This document shows positions 37,301 through 46,745 of a DNA stretch of 64,000 bases, piece after piece. The notes beneath the pieces are model-generated. The model had not been told where the DNA came from, did not search any database, and was given only the letters and a program-made list of their open reading frames with translations. This DNA comes from an uncultured Candidatus Saccharibacteria bacterium (GTDB taxonomy: Bacteria > Patescibacteriota > Minisyncoccia > Phycocordibacterales > UBA9973), in the NCBI GenBank assembly GCA_964646765.1, contig CAZYIA010000001.1, positions 151,339 through 215,338 on the forward strand. Direction: 5' to 3'. Both the position numbers and the translations under genes were made by a program. Numbering within the stretch: position 1 is the first letter of the stretch; every line of letters starts with the position of its first letter.

Positions 37301-38576
37301 AATTCGTAATCTAATTCCAGAGTCACTCTTGCTCATCTACCACACGGTAGTTAGTTTTTTGTCCGCGTTATTCTATGGTTTTCCTGGGCAAAAACTTACG
37401 GTTATAGGTATTACGGGAACAAAAGGGAAAACAACCACTGCAAATTTTATTTGGTCGGTGCTAAAAACGTCTGGCTATAAAGTTGGGATTGTGAGTACTG
37501 CGAATATCCGTATTGGAGATAAAGAATGGCTTAACTTATACCGCATGACATTTCCACCAGCATGGGAAATGCAGAGAATTTTAAATCAAATGTTGAAGGC
37601 TGGTTGCACGCATGTTGTTATGGAAGCAACATCTGCGGCGCTTGCACTCAACCGTCATATCGGTATTCGTTTTACCGCTGGTATTTTTACTAATCTTTCT
37701 CCAGAACATCTAGAACTGCATCACGGTAGTTTTGAAGAATATCGAAGCCAAAAAGAAAAATTATTTGCTGCACTCCAACATAATTCACGTTCGGTTTCTA
37801 TCGTAAATGCTGACAGCGAACAGGCGTCGTACTTTACTAAGTATAAGGCTGGTAAAAATTATACATACGGTATTGCCCATGGTGATGTGCGCGCGGAAAA
37901 TATTGTTGAAAAAGAAAATGGTGTGTCATTTACTGTTGGTGGTGAATCGTATGAGCTTCAAACTATTGGAGCGTTTAACGTATATAACGCGTTGCCTGCG
38001 CTCGTGCTCGCTCGCTCGTGGGGAATTCCAACTGAAAAGATTAAAGCAGGACTCGCATCACTATCGTTAATTCCTGGCCGAATGGAAAAAATTGAGGCAG
38101 GCCAATCATTTTCAGTTATCGTAGATTATGCTCACGAAGGACTTTCCGTTGGTACCGTGCTCGACGTTGCTCGTCGAATGAAAAAAGAGGGAAGTCGTAT
38201 TTTGGTTGTCACAGGTGCAACTGGTGGCGGGCGGGATAAAGCAAAGCGTACCGCAATTGGTAAAGCTGTTGGTGGCGGTGCTGATATTGCATATGTAACC
38301 GATGAAGATCCGTATGAAGATGACCCGCTTATCATTATTAAAGATGTTGCGGAAGCAGCACGAAGTACTGGAAAAAAAGATAATGTTGATCTTTTCGTAC
38401 TTGCAAACCGAAAAGATGCAATCGAGAAAGCGTTATCTGAGGCAAAAAATAGTGATATAGTGCTCATCATTGGTAAAGGTGCTGAACAGACAATGCAGGT
38501 CAATGGTGGCGCAATTCCATGGGATGATCGTAAAATTGCCCGAGATTTTTTGCAGTCACGTTTTAGTAAAAAATAA
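37290..38576 (+). CDS. MurE-like Mur ligase lacking the canonical N-terminal domain (428 aa)
   Basis: P-loop GITGTKGKTTT at about residue 40. C-domain matches MurE (VVTGATGGGRDKAKR, TDEDPYEDDP in place of the DNPR motif, GKGAEQ). Directly upstream of mraY. Confidence 0.75.
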   Translation: MKNKIRNLIPESLLLIYHTVVSFLSALFYGFPGQKLTVIGITGTKGKTTTANFIWSVLKTSGYKVGIVSTANIRIGDKEWLNLYRMTFPPAWEMQRILNQMLKAGCTHVVMEATSAALALNRHIGIRFTAGIFTNLSPEHLELHHGSFEEYRSQKEKLFAALQHNSRSVSIVNADSEQASYFTKYKAGKNYTYGIAHGDVRAENIVEKENGVSFTVGGESYELQTIGAFNVYNALPALVLARSWGIPTEKIKAGLASLSLIPGRMEKIEAGQSFSVIVDYAHEGLSVGTVLDVARRMKKEGSRILVVTGATGGGRDKAKRTAIGKAVGGGADIAYVTDEDPYEDDPLIIIKDVAEAARSTGKKDNVDLFVLANRKDAIEKALSEAKNSDIVLIIGKGAEQTMQVNGGAIPWDDRKIARDFLQSRFSKK

Positions 38577-39634
38577 TGTCTATGATTCCTGACGTCATTA
38601 AAGTAATGCTCTCATCGATGCTCGCGTTTTTCGTGGGTATAGTTTCCACTCCGTTTCTCTCTGATTTTCTGTACAAGCATGAACTTTGGAAAAAGGCGTC
38701 AGTACCGAAAACACTCGATGGTAAAGTAGCTACGCTTACACAAGCAATCCACCAAGATCACATTCGTCGCGTACCACGGTTCGGTGGACTTCTGGTGTGG
38801 GGAAGTGTTGTTTTTGTAGCACTCGTACTAGCAATTATTTCTTCGGTGTCTAACAGTGATCTATTCTCTAAAATTTCTTTCCTCTCACGAAATCAAACCT
38901 GGGTGCCGCTGGCTACACTCATTATTGGAGGACTTGTTGGCGCGATAGATGACTACATGGTATGCCGGGATGCTGGTAGTCATGTGGGTGGAGGGCTCTC
39001 GCTTTCGGCTCGCATAGGTCACGTTACGATTGTGGCGCTCCTCGCAGGACTTTGGTTTTATGTAAAACTTGGCGTTACCGCAATCTCAATCCCGTTTGTC
39101 CCACCACTATTTTTAGGTTTTCTTATTGTGCCATTTTTTATTATTGTCATGCTCGGTCTCTATTCTGGTGGAATTATTGACGGTATTGATGGTCTCGCTG
39201 GCGGGCTCTACGCTATCATGTTTGGCGCATACGGTGCCATCGCGTTCTATCATAACCAAATCGATTTGGCGGCTTTCTCGATGGCTGTTGCTGGGGCGCT
39301 TCTTGCATTTCTTTGGTTCAATATTCCGCCAGCACGTTTTTACTTATCAGAAACAGGAACAATGGGGCTTTCAATGACTCTTGGTGTCGTTGCATTTTTA
39401 ACGGACTCCGTTATTGTACTTCCGATAATTGCTCTTCCACTTGTTGTTACTTCTGCCTCAGCCATCATTCAACTTTTGTCGAAAAAATTCCGTGGTAAAA
39501 AAGTATTTCTTGTTGCGCCGCTCCACAACCATTTTCAAGCTCTCGGTTGGCCTGCAACAAAAATAACGATGCGCTATTGGGTTATTGGTGCTATGTGTGC
39601 AATTCTTGGTGTCATTATTGCACTTGTCGGCTAA
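38576..39634 (+). CDS. mraY: Phospho-N-acetylmuramoyl-pentapeptide transferase
   Basis: Polytopic GT4-family protein; GAIDDY motif; cell-wall cluster context. Confidence 0.85.
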   Translation: MSMIPDVIKVMLSSMLAFFVGIVSTPFLSDFLYKHELWKKASVPKTLDGKVATLTQAIHQDHIRRVPRFGGLLVWGSVVFVALVLAIISSVSNSDLFSKISFLSRNQTWVPLATLIIGGLVGAIDDYMVCRDAGSHVGGGLSLSARIGHVTIVALLAGLWFYVKLGVTAISIPFVPPLFLGFLIVPFFIIVMLGLYSGGIIDGIDGLAGGLYAIMFGAYGAIAFYHNQIDLAAFSMAVAGALLAFLWFNIPPARFYLSETGTMGLSMTLGVVAFLTDSVIVLPIIALPLVVTSASAIIQLLSKKFRGKKVFLVAPLHNHFQALGWPATKITMRYWVIGAMCAILGVIIALVG

Positions 39635-39645
39635 AATAAGAACGT

Positions 39646-40773
39646 ATGGCGGTAAAGGTTTCGGTAAAAACAAGCGAACGGAGGCCTGTTGACCGTTTCT
39701 TTTTGGGTATTATTGGTGCTTTGGTTTTTTTTGGCGCCCTAGCATTCGTCTCGGCTTCACTTGGTGTTTTGGCGCACAACGAAAGTACCTTTTGGAGTAT
39801 TACTTTTAACCAGCTCGTTCTCGGACTTTTGCTTGGAATTATCGCCATGTTGGTTACCGCTCGCATCCCATACACATTTTGGAAGAGTTATGCGTTTCCT
39901 ATTTTTGTTTTTACATTACTTTTGATGCCACTCGTGTTTGTTCCGCATATTGGCTTTTCTCATGGTGGAGCAAGACGCTGGGTTGATATCGGGCCTATTA
40001 ATTTTCAGCCAGCAGAGTTTTTAAAAATTGGATTTCTGATTTATTTTTCTGCTTGGCTCGCGTGGGCAAAAAAAAGATTAGGTAGTATTAAGTACGGTGT
40101 ATTACCGTTCATCTGCATTATTGCCATCATGGCGGGCCTCTTATTGCTACAACCTGACACGAAGAGTCTTTTGTTGATGATTGCTACCGGAAGTATTTTG
40201 CTTTTTGTCGCAGGTGTGCCGGTGCGATACCTTGTAGGGACGGCTATTCTTGGTGCGGTGCTTCTCACGGCACTCGTGTTTGTAACTCCGTATCTTCGGG
40301 CTCGCGTACAAACCTTTATTAATCCTTCCCACGATCCTCGTGGTGCTTCCTACCAGCTTCAACAAGCGCTTATTGCTATCGGTTCAGGTGGAATTACAGG
40401 AAGAGGATTTGGGCAAAGTGTCCAAAAATTTAGTTATTTACCAGAGCCGCAAGGTGATTCTATTTTTGCCGTCATTGGTGAAGAGTTTGGTTTTGTGGGC
40501 AGTGTTTTCATTATTTTACTCTATGTTGCATTTGCCCTCCGAGGCATGCGTATTGCTGGTAGAGCTCCAGATATGTTTGGCCGGTTATTGGCATTAGGAA
40601 TTGTCAGTATCATCACTCTCCAGTCATTTTTGAATATTGCTTCCATTACCGGCGTTTTTCCGCTTACCGGTGTGCCGCTGGTATTTATGAGCCAAGGAGG
40701 TACTTCGCTTCTTATTTCACTTGCCGCCATCGGTATCGTGCTTAACATTTCTCGTTTTCAGCAGGAAGGGTAG
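39646..40773 (+). CDS. ftsW: SEDS-family peptidoglycan polymerase FtsW
   Basis: GSGGITGRGFGQSVQKFSYLPEPQGDSIFAVIGEEFGFVG; located between mraY and murG. Confidence 0.85.
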   Translation: MAVKVSVKTSERRPVDRFFLGIIGALVFFGALAFVSASLGVLAHNESTFWSITFNQLVLGLLLGIIAMLVTARIPYTFWKSYAFPIFVFTLLLMPLVFVPHIGFSHGGARRWVDIGPINFQPAEFLKIGFLIYFSAWLAWAKKRLGSIKYGVLPFICIIAIMAGLLLLQPDTKSLLLMIATGSILLFVAGVPVRYLVGTAILGAVLLTALVFVTPYLRARVQTFINPSHDPRGASYQLQQALIAIGSGGITGRGFGQSVQKFSYLPEPQGDSIFAVIGEEFGFVGSVFIILLYVAFALRGMRIAGRAPDMFGRLLALGIVSIITLQSFLNIASITGVFPLTGVPLVFMSQGGTSLLISLAAIGIVLNISRFQQEG

Positions 40774-40810
40774 AAATAGGGCGTAGAAATAAGGTATACT
40801 TGAGAATCAT

Positions 40811-41938
40811 ATGAAGATCGTTTTTACTGGAGGGGGAACAGGCGGCCATTTCTATCCGCTCATTGCTGTAGCCGAAAAAATTAATCAAATTGCCGACAAG
40901 GAAAAAATTGTCGGTCTCAAGCTCTACTTTATGTCGCATGATCCGTACGACAAGGAGCTTTTATTTGAAAATAGTATTACATTTTTGCCAGTCTCTACCG
41001 GTAAACAGCGTGTATATCGTTCATGGCGCAATATTACTGACCTCATTAGTATTGCTATGGGGTGTATTTCGGCAACGATAAAATTATTTTTCTTGTATCC
41101 GGACGTTATTTTTTCGAAAGGTGGTTATGGTGCTTTCCCAGCACTTTTTGCTGCAAAACTACTGCGCATCCCAGTAATTATTCATGATAGCGATACTGTT
41201 CCAGGCCGCGTCAGTATTTGGAGTGGAAAATTTGCTAAGCATATTGGTGTTGCGTATCCAGAAGCAGTAGAATATTTTCCTAAAGAAAAAACGGCATGGG
41301 TTGGTGTGCCAATTCGTGATGCTATAAAAGAAAAACCAACCGAGGGCATGTATGACATTCTTGGTCTAGAACCGGGAACGCCAACTATTTTGGTTACTGG
41401 AGGATCCCAGGGTGCAGAACGAGTAAATAATGTACTCATTGATGCGCTTCCAGAGCTTTTAAATCGATACCAGATTATTCATCAAGCCGGTGTAAACAAT
41501 ATGAAGGATGTTTTAGGACGTACCTCAGTTGTTCTCGATAAACATCCATATTTCAAGCGCTATAAACCATTTTCTTATCTAAATGAGCTTAATTTAAAAA
41601 TGGCTGCTGCTGCCTCGAAAATCGCTATTTCTCGTGCAGGTTCTACCATATTTGAACTTGCCATTTGGGGATTACCGTCGATCATTATTCCGCTTCCTGA
41701 AAGTATTTCTCGTGATCAGGCAAAAAATGCATTTTCCTATGCTCGCAATGGTGCTTGTACCGTAATTGAAGAGGAAAACTTAACACCATCGGTACTTATT
41801 TCCCAAATTGATAATCTCATCAATAATCCTACTCGGCTTGAAGCCATGTCTCTTAAAGCGAAAGAATTTGCCAAAGTAGATGCAGCTGAAAAAATTGCTC
41901 GTGATATTGTAGACGTTGCCCTAAAACACGAAAGTTAA
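40811..41938 (+). CDS. murG: UDP-GlcNAc:lipid I N-acetylglucosaminyltransferase MurG
   Basis: MKIVFTGGGTGGHFYPLIAV. Confidence 0.9.
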   Translation: MKIVFTGGGTGGHFYPLIAVAEKINQIADKEKIVGLKLYFMSHDPYDKELLFENSITFLPVSTGKQRVYRSWRNITDLISIAMGCISATIKLFFLYPDVIFSKGGYGAFPALFAAKLLRIPVIIHDSDTVPGRVSIWSGKFAKHIGVAYPEAVEYFPKEKTAWVGVPIRDAIKEKPTEGMYDILGLEPGTPTILVTGGSQGAERVNNVLIDALPELLNRYQIIHQAGVNNMKDVLGRTSVVLDKHPYFKRYKPFSYLNELNLKMAAAASKIAISRAGSTIFELAIWGLPSIIIPLPESISRDQAKNAFSYARNGACTVIEEENLTPSVLISQIDNLINNPTRLEAMSLKAKEFAKVDAAEKIARDIVDVALKHES

Positions 41939-41939
41939 T

Positions 41940-43652
41940 ATGGAAAGCGAGCGACGAACGTGTAGAAAGTGCAACCAAGAGTTCGTCATTGATTCTGACG
42001 ACTTTGAGTTCTATAAAAAAATAAATGTGCCACCGCCGACACATTGCCCGCACTGTCGTATGATTCGACGAATGCTTTTTCGTAATGAACGAGCTTGGTA
42101 TCGTCGCACTTGCGCGGCAACTGGTAAGCCAATACTTTCAATGTATGCACCTGACCTTCCGCTTACTGTTTACGAAGAGAACTATTGGAAAAGCGATGCT
42201 TGGGATCCACTCGACTACGGTCGCGAATATGATTTTTCTCGAGGTTTTTTTGAGCAATTTTTTGAACTTTTTCAGGCTGTACCACATCCAAACCTGATTC
42301 AAAAAAATAATGTTGGAAGCGACTACTCAAATCACACCCTGAACCTGAAGAATTGTTATTTCTGTATTAGTACTGATACTGCTGAAGATTCCAGCTATCT
42401 TTTTACGGCAATGATCCGTATGCGCAATTCGTTTGATGGCCACCAGTCGTCTGACTCTGAATACTGCTATGAAATTGTAGACTCCAAGAAATGTAATCGC
42501 TCGCTCTTTATTCAAAATTGCGAAGCCTGTGTCGAGTCAGCCCTTTTGTATGATTGTCGTAACTGCACAAACTGTTTTGGTTGCACTGGTCTTCGTGGAG
42601 CACAGTACGTGATTTTTAATGAGCAATATTCAAAAGAGGACTATCATAAAAAAGTTGCTGAATATCTCAACGGTAGCTATAGAGCTCTCCAAACAGCACT
42701 TAAAAAATTTAATGAACTCAAGCTAGCATATCCGCATAAGTACGCGATGATCACTAATGCGCAAAATGTCTCTGGGGATGATATTTATAATGCTCGTAAC
42801 TGTGCACAATGTTTCTTTGCTCGCGACAATGTCGAAAACTGCAAATATGGCTATCGTATTTGGGAAAATACTAAAGACGGCTGGGATGGCATTGTGGTGT
42901 GGAAGGGAAGCGAAGTATTTTATGAAGTGCTTTCTGTAACTGGCCAGCGAATTTCCTTCTCAGCGTATGTGTGGGGTGGAAATGATATCGAGTATTCTTA
43001 TAATTGTTTCGACTGTAATAATGTATTTGGCTGTATTGGACTTCGTAGTAAATCCTATTGCATTTTCAACCGACAGTATACAAAAGAAGAGTATCAAGAA
43101 CTTTTACCAAAAATAAAAGAGAGTATGAAATCTCGTGGCGAATACGGCGAGTTTTTTCCAATTGAGCGTTCTCCTTTTGCATATAACGAAACCATTGCTC
43201 AAGATTATTTCCCACTTACTAAAGATGAAGCAATTACTAAGCAGATGCCATGGCATGATCCTGAGGTAAAGTACTACAACGTCACTATGACAGCTGACAC
43301 TATTCCGGATTCCATACAAGAAGTTACTGATAACATTACCAAAGAAGTTATTGCCTGCGCTCATAACGGTGAATGTACCGAACAGTGCTCAACTGCCTTT
43401 CGGGTAACACCTGAGGAAGTTCAATTTTACAAAATGATGAAGTTGCCATTGCCGCGACTTTGCCCAAACTGTCGTCACTTTGGCCGAGTAAAAATGAAGA
43501 CGCCGCTTAAGCTTTGGCACCGCTCATGTATGTGTAATCAAGCTACTCATGACCACTCTGGTACCTGTCCAAACGACTTTGAGACGGCGTATGCTCCAGA
43601 ACGCCCAGAAAAAATCTATTGCGAGAGCTGTTACCAGAAGGAAATCCTCTAA
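41940..43652 (+). CDS. Large cysteine-rich protein (570 aa), copy A of a paralogous pair, with an internal tandem module duplication
   Basis: N-terminal CRKC..FYKKINVPPPTHCPHCRMIRRM. Two internal modules ending ..NCFGCTGLRGAQYVIFNEQYSKEDY and ..VFGCIGLRSKSYCIFNRQYTKEEY. C-terminal FYKMMKLPLPRLCPNCRH ..ERPEKIYCESCYQKEIL. 1-nt gap after murG. Confidence 0.8.
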   Translation: MESERRTCRKCNQEFVIDSDDFEFYKKINVPPPTHCPHCRMIRRMLFRNERAWYRRTCAATGKPILSMYAPDLPLTVYEENYWKSDAWDPLDYGREYDFSRGFFEQFFELFQAVPHPNLIQKNNVGSDYSNHTLNLKNCYFCISTDTAEDSSYLFTAMIRMRNSFDGHQSSDSEYCYEIVDSKKCNRSLFIQNCEACVESALLYDCRNCTNCFGCTGLRGAQYVIFNEQYSKEDYHKKVAEYLNGSYRALQTALKKFNELKLAYPHKYAMITNAQNVSGDDIYNARNCAQCFFARDNVENCKYGYRIWENTKDGWDGIVVWKGSEVFYEVLSVTGQRISFSAYVWGGNDIEYSYNCFDCNNVFGCIGLRSKSYCIFNRQYTKEEYQELLPKIKESMKSRGEYGEFFPIERSPFAYNETIAQDYFPLTKDEAITKQMPWHDPEVKYYNVTMTADTIPDSIQEVTDNITKEVIACAHNGECTEQCSTAFRVTPEEVQFYKMMKLPLPRLCPNCRHFGRVKMKTPLKLWHRSCMCNQATHDHSGTCPNDFETAYAPERPEKIYCESCYQKEIL

Positions 43653-43784
43653 AAAAGCTCTAAATTCGATTTACACAGGGGTCGCTTTAGGGGTTAGCAC
43701 AGTGGATTAAAATACGCTATAGTAGGGTAGTCAATAATTACTAAGTAGATGTAACGTAGTTGCCGCCTGTCGGCAGAAAGAATT

Positions 43785-44039
43785 ATGGCAGAAAAGACAT
43801 CAGCATTTATGAAGCCAATGAAGCTCACTCCAGAGCTCGAGGCAGTCGTTGGTAAGGGCCCAATGCCACGCTCTGAAGTAGTTAAGGCTCTCTGGGTCTA
43901 CATTAAGAAAAATGGTCTCCAGGACCAGAAAAACAAGCGAAACATCAACGCTGACGAAAACCTTAAGAAGGTCTTCGGCGGAAAGGGAACTGTTTCAATG
44001 TTTGAAATGACCAAGCTCGTTTCAAAACACCTTTCTTAG
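43785..44039 (+). CDS. SWIB/MDM2-domain protein
   Basis: PRSEVVKALWVYIKKNGLQDQKNKRNINADENLKKVFG..VSMFEMTKLVSKHL matches the SWIB consensus. Confidence 0.8.
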   Translation: MAEKTSAFMKPMKLTPELEAVVGKGPMPRSEVVKALWVYIKKNGLQDQKNKRNINADENLKKVFGGKGTVSMFEMTKLVSKHLS

Positions 44040-44061
44040 TTCTCAGAAAACTTAGAATAAA

Positions 44062-44090
44062 AAGAACGCCTCATCGGCGTTCTTTTTATT
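44062..44090 (+). terminator. Intrinsic terminator
   Basis: AAGAACGCC-TCATC-GGCGTTCTT then TTTATTT. Confidence 0.6.
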
Positions 44091-44138
44091 TGACAAAGTA
44101 ATATTTTGTTTTAAAGTGAAGAAAACGCTTTGAAAATG

Positions 44139-44191
44139 GTTAGAAAAAGCCCGGTTTTTCAGGCTCTCTGGAATGTCGAGCTTTTTCTAAC
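44139..44191 (+). promoter_or_regulatory. 12-bp perfect inverted repeat (GTTAGAAAAAGC ..29 nt.. GCTTTTTCTAAC) 14 nt upstream of the start codon at 44206
   Basis: Arms verified complementary; forms a long hairpin or operator in the 5' region of the hypothetical gene pair. Confidence 0.35.
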
Positions 44192-44205
44192 GCTAAAAAC
44201 AATTT

Positions 44206-44811
44206 ATGGAACTTAAACGCTTAATAGATCTGGTTACAGGCCAGGCATCTGCGGACTATCAGGAAGAACGCAAACAAAAAATCCAAAATCCTGAACATGA
44301 CATAATTTGCGATGATGGGCAGGGATTTATCCGGCCAGCTACGCATATTACTGAAGAAACCTTTAACATTCCTGGCATAGTGCTACAGGATATAAAGGAT
44401 ATTGAAAGCGATTTAAAAAAATTGCTTCATGAAGGCAAAGATTGCCTGATTAGTTCAAAACACTACTTCCATGTTCGCACACCGGAAGTAACTACTGATG
44501 ACCTTACCATCATACCTATGTTAGAGAACCCTAAACTTATTTCCTTAGGGGAAGCGCTTGCTACCGCCAAATTTCTAATTGAACAGGACTTACAAGGAAA
44601 AGGCCCACTTTTCGAGCCTAATCCTGAAAAAGACCGCAATGTTAATTTGGGTTACTGCGAACTGGATGACAATGGCGCCCAGGTAGTAAAAATTGTTTTT
44701 ATAGAACGCGTGCAAAGTAGCCGCTGGGTTGACGGAAAACAAACCTACCATATCCATGCACACAAAACACCGCGTTTCTACAAACCAAACCGCCACCTGC
44801 TTGATTTTTAA
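44206..44811 (+). CDS. Hypothetical protein (201 aa)
   Basis: No family recognised. Confidence 0.55.
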   Translation: MELKRLIDLVTGQASADYQEERKQKIQNPEHDIICDDGQGFIRPATHITEETFNIPGIVLQDIKDIESDLKKLLHEGKDCLISSKHYFHVRTPEVTTDDLTIIPMLENPKLISLGEALATAKFLIEQDLQGKGPLFEPNPEKDRNVNLGYCELDDNGAQVVKIVFIERVQSSRWVDGKQTYHIHAHKTPRFYKPNRHLLDF

Positions 44812-44820
44812 AACCGATTT

Positions 44821-45189
44821 ATGCCACATATACAAGTAGTTTACGACCAAAAGAAATCTGGAGTTGATTTTGACAAGATTTCACAACTTGCCCGACAGCT
44901 TCCAGGTATCGTTGCCCCAGCACTTTTCCCAGCAGACACCAAAGATATGGATTTAAAAATTAAAGTGGATGTGTTTACGCCCATTTTAGCTATAAACCAG
45001 ATTCCGGTGGCTATTAGGATTAGTGTTGGCTACAACAAATATCGTAATGAGAAGGGAATAGAGAAAATCATTACAGAGATTGAGAGTTCACTAAAGGAAA
45101 CGCGCAAGAAATTGTTTGCGTCACTTGGTGAAAAGGACTTCTTTGTAAAAGTATCTTTTTCCGAATCAGAATTTCGGTATATTAATTAA
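44821..45189 (+). CDS. Hypothetical protein (122 aa)
   Basis: 9-nt gap from the upstream ORF; no family recognised. Confidence 0.5.
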   Translation: MPHIQVVYDQKKSGVDFDKISQLARQLPGIVAPALFPADTKDMDLKIKVDVFTPILAINQIPVAIRISVGYNKYRNEKGIEKIITEIESSLKETRKKLFASLGEKDFFVKVSFSESEFRYIN

Positions 45190-45292
45190 TTGCTTCCACA
45201 CTCAACTTTTGAAATCGCCCCGCTGCTTTGCATGGGCTTTTTCTTTTACAAAATATTGAATTTAAAGGCTTTTCTGGTACACTCAAACTACG

Positions 45293-46744
45293 ATGTCAGA
45301 TAAGATTGTTACTCGTTTTGCCCCAAGTCCAACTGGCTTTATGCACGTTGGAGGTATTCGTACCGCCCTGTTTGCTTGGGCCTGGGCGCGTAAAAATAAA
45401 GGTACGTTTATTCTTCGTATTGAAGACACCGACAAAGAACGTGAAGTTCCTGGTTCAGTTGCCCATATTATTGAATCGCTGAAGTGGCTTGGCATTACCT
45501 GGGATGAAGGTCCCGAAATAGATGGTCCGCACGCACCATATTTACAGTCACAACGCCTTGATCTCTATAAAAAGTACGCAGCTATTTTAATTGAAAAAGG
45601 TTTTGCCTACGCAGATCCATATTCAGTAGAAGAATTAGAAGCATTTCGCAAAGAGGCTGAAAGAAATTCGCAACCGTTTCTTTTTCGGAATCATCGACCA
45701 GAGAATCCTCCAGTGTGGGATGGTACTACGCCGCTTCGTTTTAAAACTCCTGAAATAAAAAGCTATGCATGGTTCGATTTAGTGCGTGGTGATCTTTCTG
45801 CTGGCCCTGAAGCTCTCGATGACTTTATCCTGATAAAAAGTGATGGTTATCCAACCTATAATTTTGCGCACATTGTAGATGATATTGAGATGGGTGTAAC
45901 TCATGTAATGCGTGGCGAAGAATTTATTTCTTCAACACCAAAGTTTCTTGCGCTCTACGATGCGCTTGGTATAACAGCACCACATTTTGTAACCATGCCA
46001 CCAATTTTAGGTGAAGGTGGTAAGAAGAAACTTTCAAAACGTGATGGTGCAAAAGATGTGCTCGAGTATCGCACCGAAGGTTATCTGCCTGAAGCATTAA
46101 TAAATTTTCTCGCTTTTCTCGGCTGGAATCCTGGAGATGAACGTGAAGTAATGACTTCACAAGAATTTATTGAAGCGTTTGATATTGCTCGTATTGGCCG
46201 CTCTGGTTCACAGTGGAACGAAGAAAAATTAAACTGGCTCAATCGTGAACACATGAAGAAGCTTTCCTATGAAGAGCAGGTAAAGCGTTTCATCTCATTC
46301 TTGCCTGATTCGGTAAAAAATTTGCCGGGCTACACTGGCGCTAAAGCTGCCCGTATTGCACCAATTGCTCTCGATCGTATTCAAAAATTTAGTGATGTAG
46401 TTACCATGACCACTGAAGGAGAATTTGATTACTATTTCTCAAAGCCAAAGTACGACGGAGTTAAACTTACCTGGAAAGAAGATGCTCCAGACGTAACTAA
46501 AAAGCATCTTGGTGAAGTAGTAAAACTTTTGGTGAAAGTAGACGAAGATACGTTTACTCGCGATGAAGTGAAAAAAGCTATCTGGGATTATGCCGAATCT
46601 GTTGGTCGTGGCAATGTTCTCTGGCCAACTCGTGTCGCGCTTTCTGGTCGCGAAAAATCCCCAGACCCGTTTGTCTTAGCTGAACTTCTTGGTAAAGAAG
46701 AAACTATTACGCGGCTTAATGAAGCGGTAGAAACGCTTAACTAA
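45293..46744 (+). CDS. gltX: Glutamyl-tRNA synthetase
   Basis: RFAPSPTGFMHVGGIRTALFAWAWAR (HIGH-type), KLSKR, tRNA-binding C-domain. Confidence 0.95.
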   Translation: MSDKIVTRFAPSPTGFMHVGGIRTALFAWAWARKNKGTFILRIEDTDKEREVPGSVAHIIESLKWLGITWDEGPEIDGPHAPYLQSQRLDLYKKYAAILIEKGFAYADPYSVEELEAFRKEAERNSQPFLFRNHRPENPPVWDGTTPLRFKTPEIKSYAWFDLVRGDLSAGPEALDDFILIKSDGYPTYNFAHIVDDIEMGVTHVMRGEEFISSTPKFLALYDALGITAPHFVTMPPILGEGGKKKLSKRDGAKDVLEYRTEGYLPEALINFLAFLGWNPGDEREVMTSQEFIEAFDIARIGRSGSQWNEEKLNWLNREHMKKLSYEEQVKRFISFLPDSVKNLPGYTGAKAARIAPIALDRIQKFSDVVTMTTEGEFDYYFSKPKYDGVKLTWKEDAPDVTKKHLGEVVKLLVKVDEDTFTRDEVKKAIWDYAESVGRGNVLWPTRVALSGREKSPDPFVLAELLGKEETITRLNEAVETLN

Positions 46745-46745
46745 C

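Noticed and set aside
43653-43784. tRNA-like sequence (GGGGTTAGCACAGTGGATTAAAATACGC)
   Set aside because: No acceptor stem or T-arm complementarity and no GTTC-like T-loop; more likely the SWIB gene promoter (TTAGCA..TATAGT).
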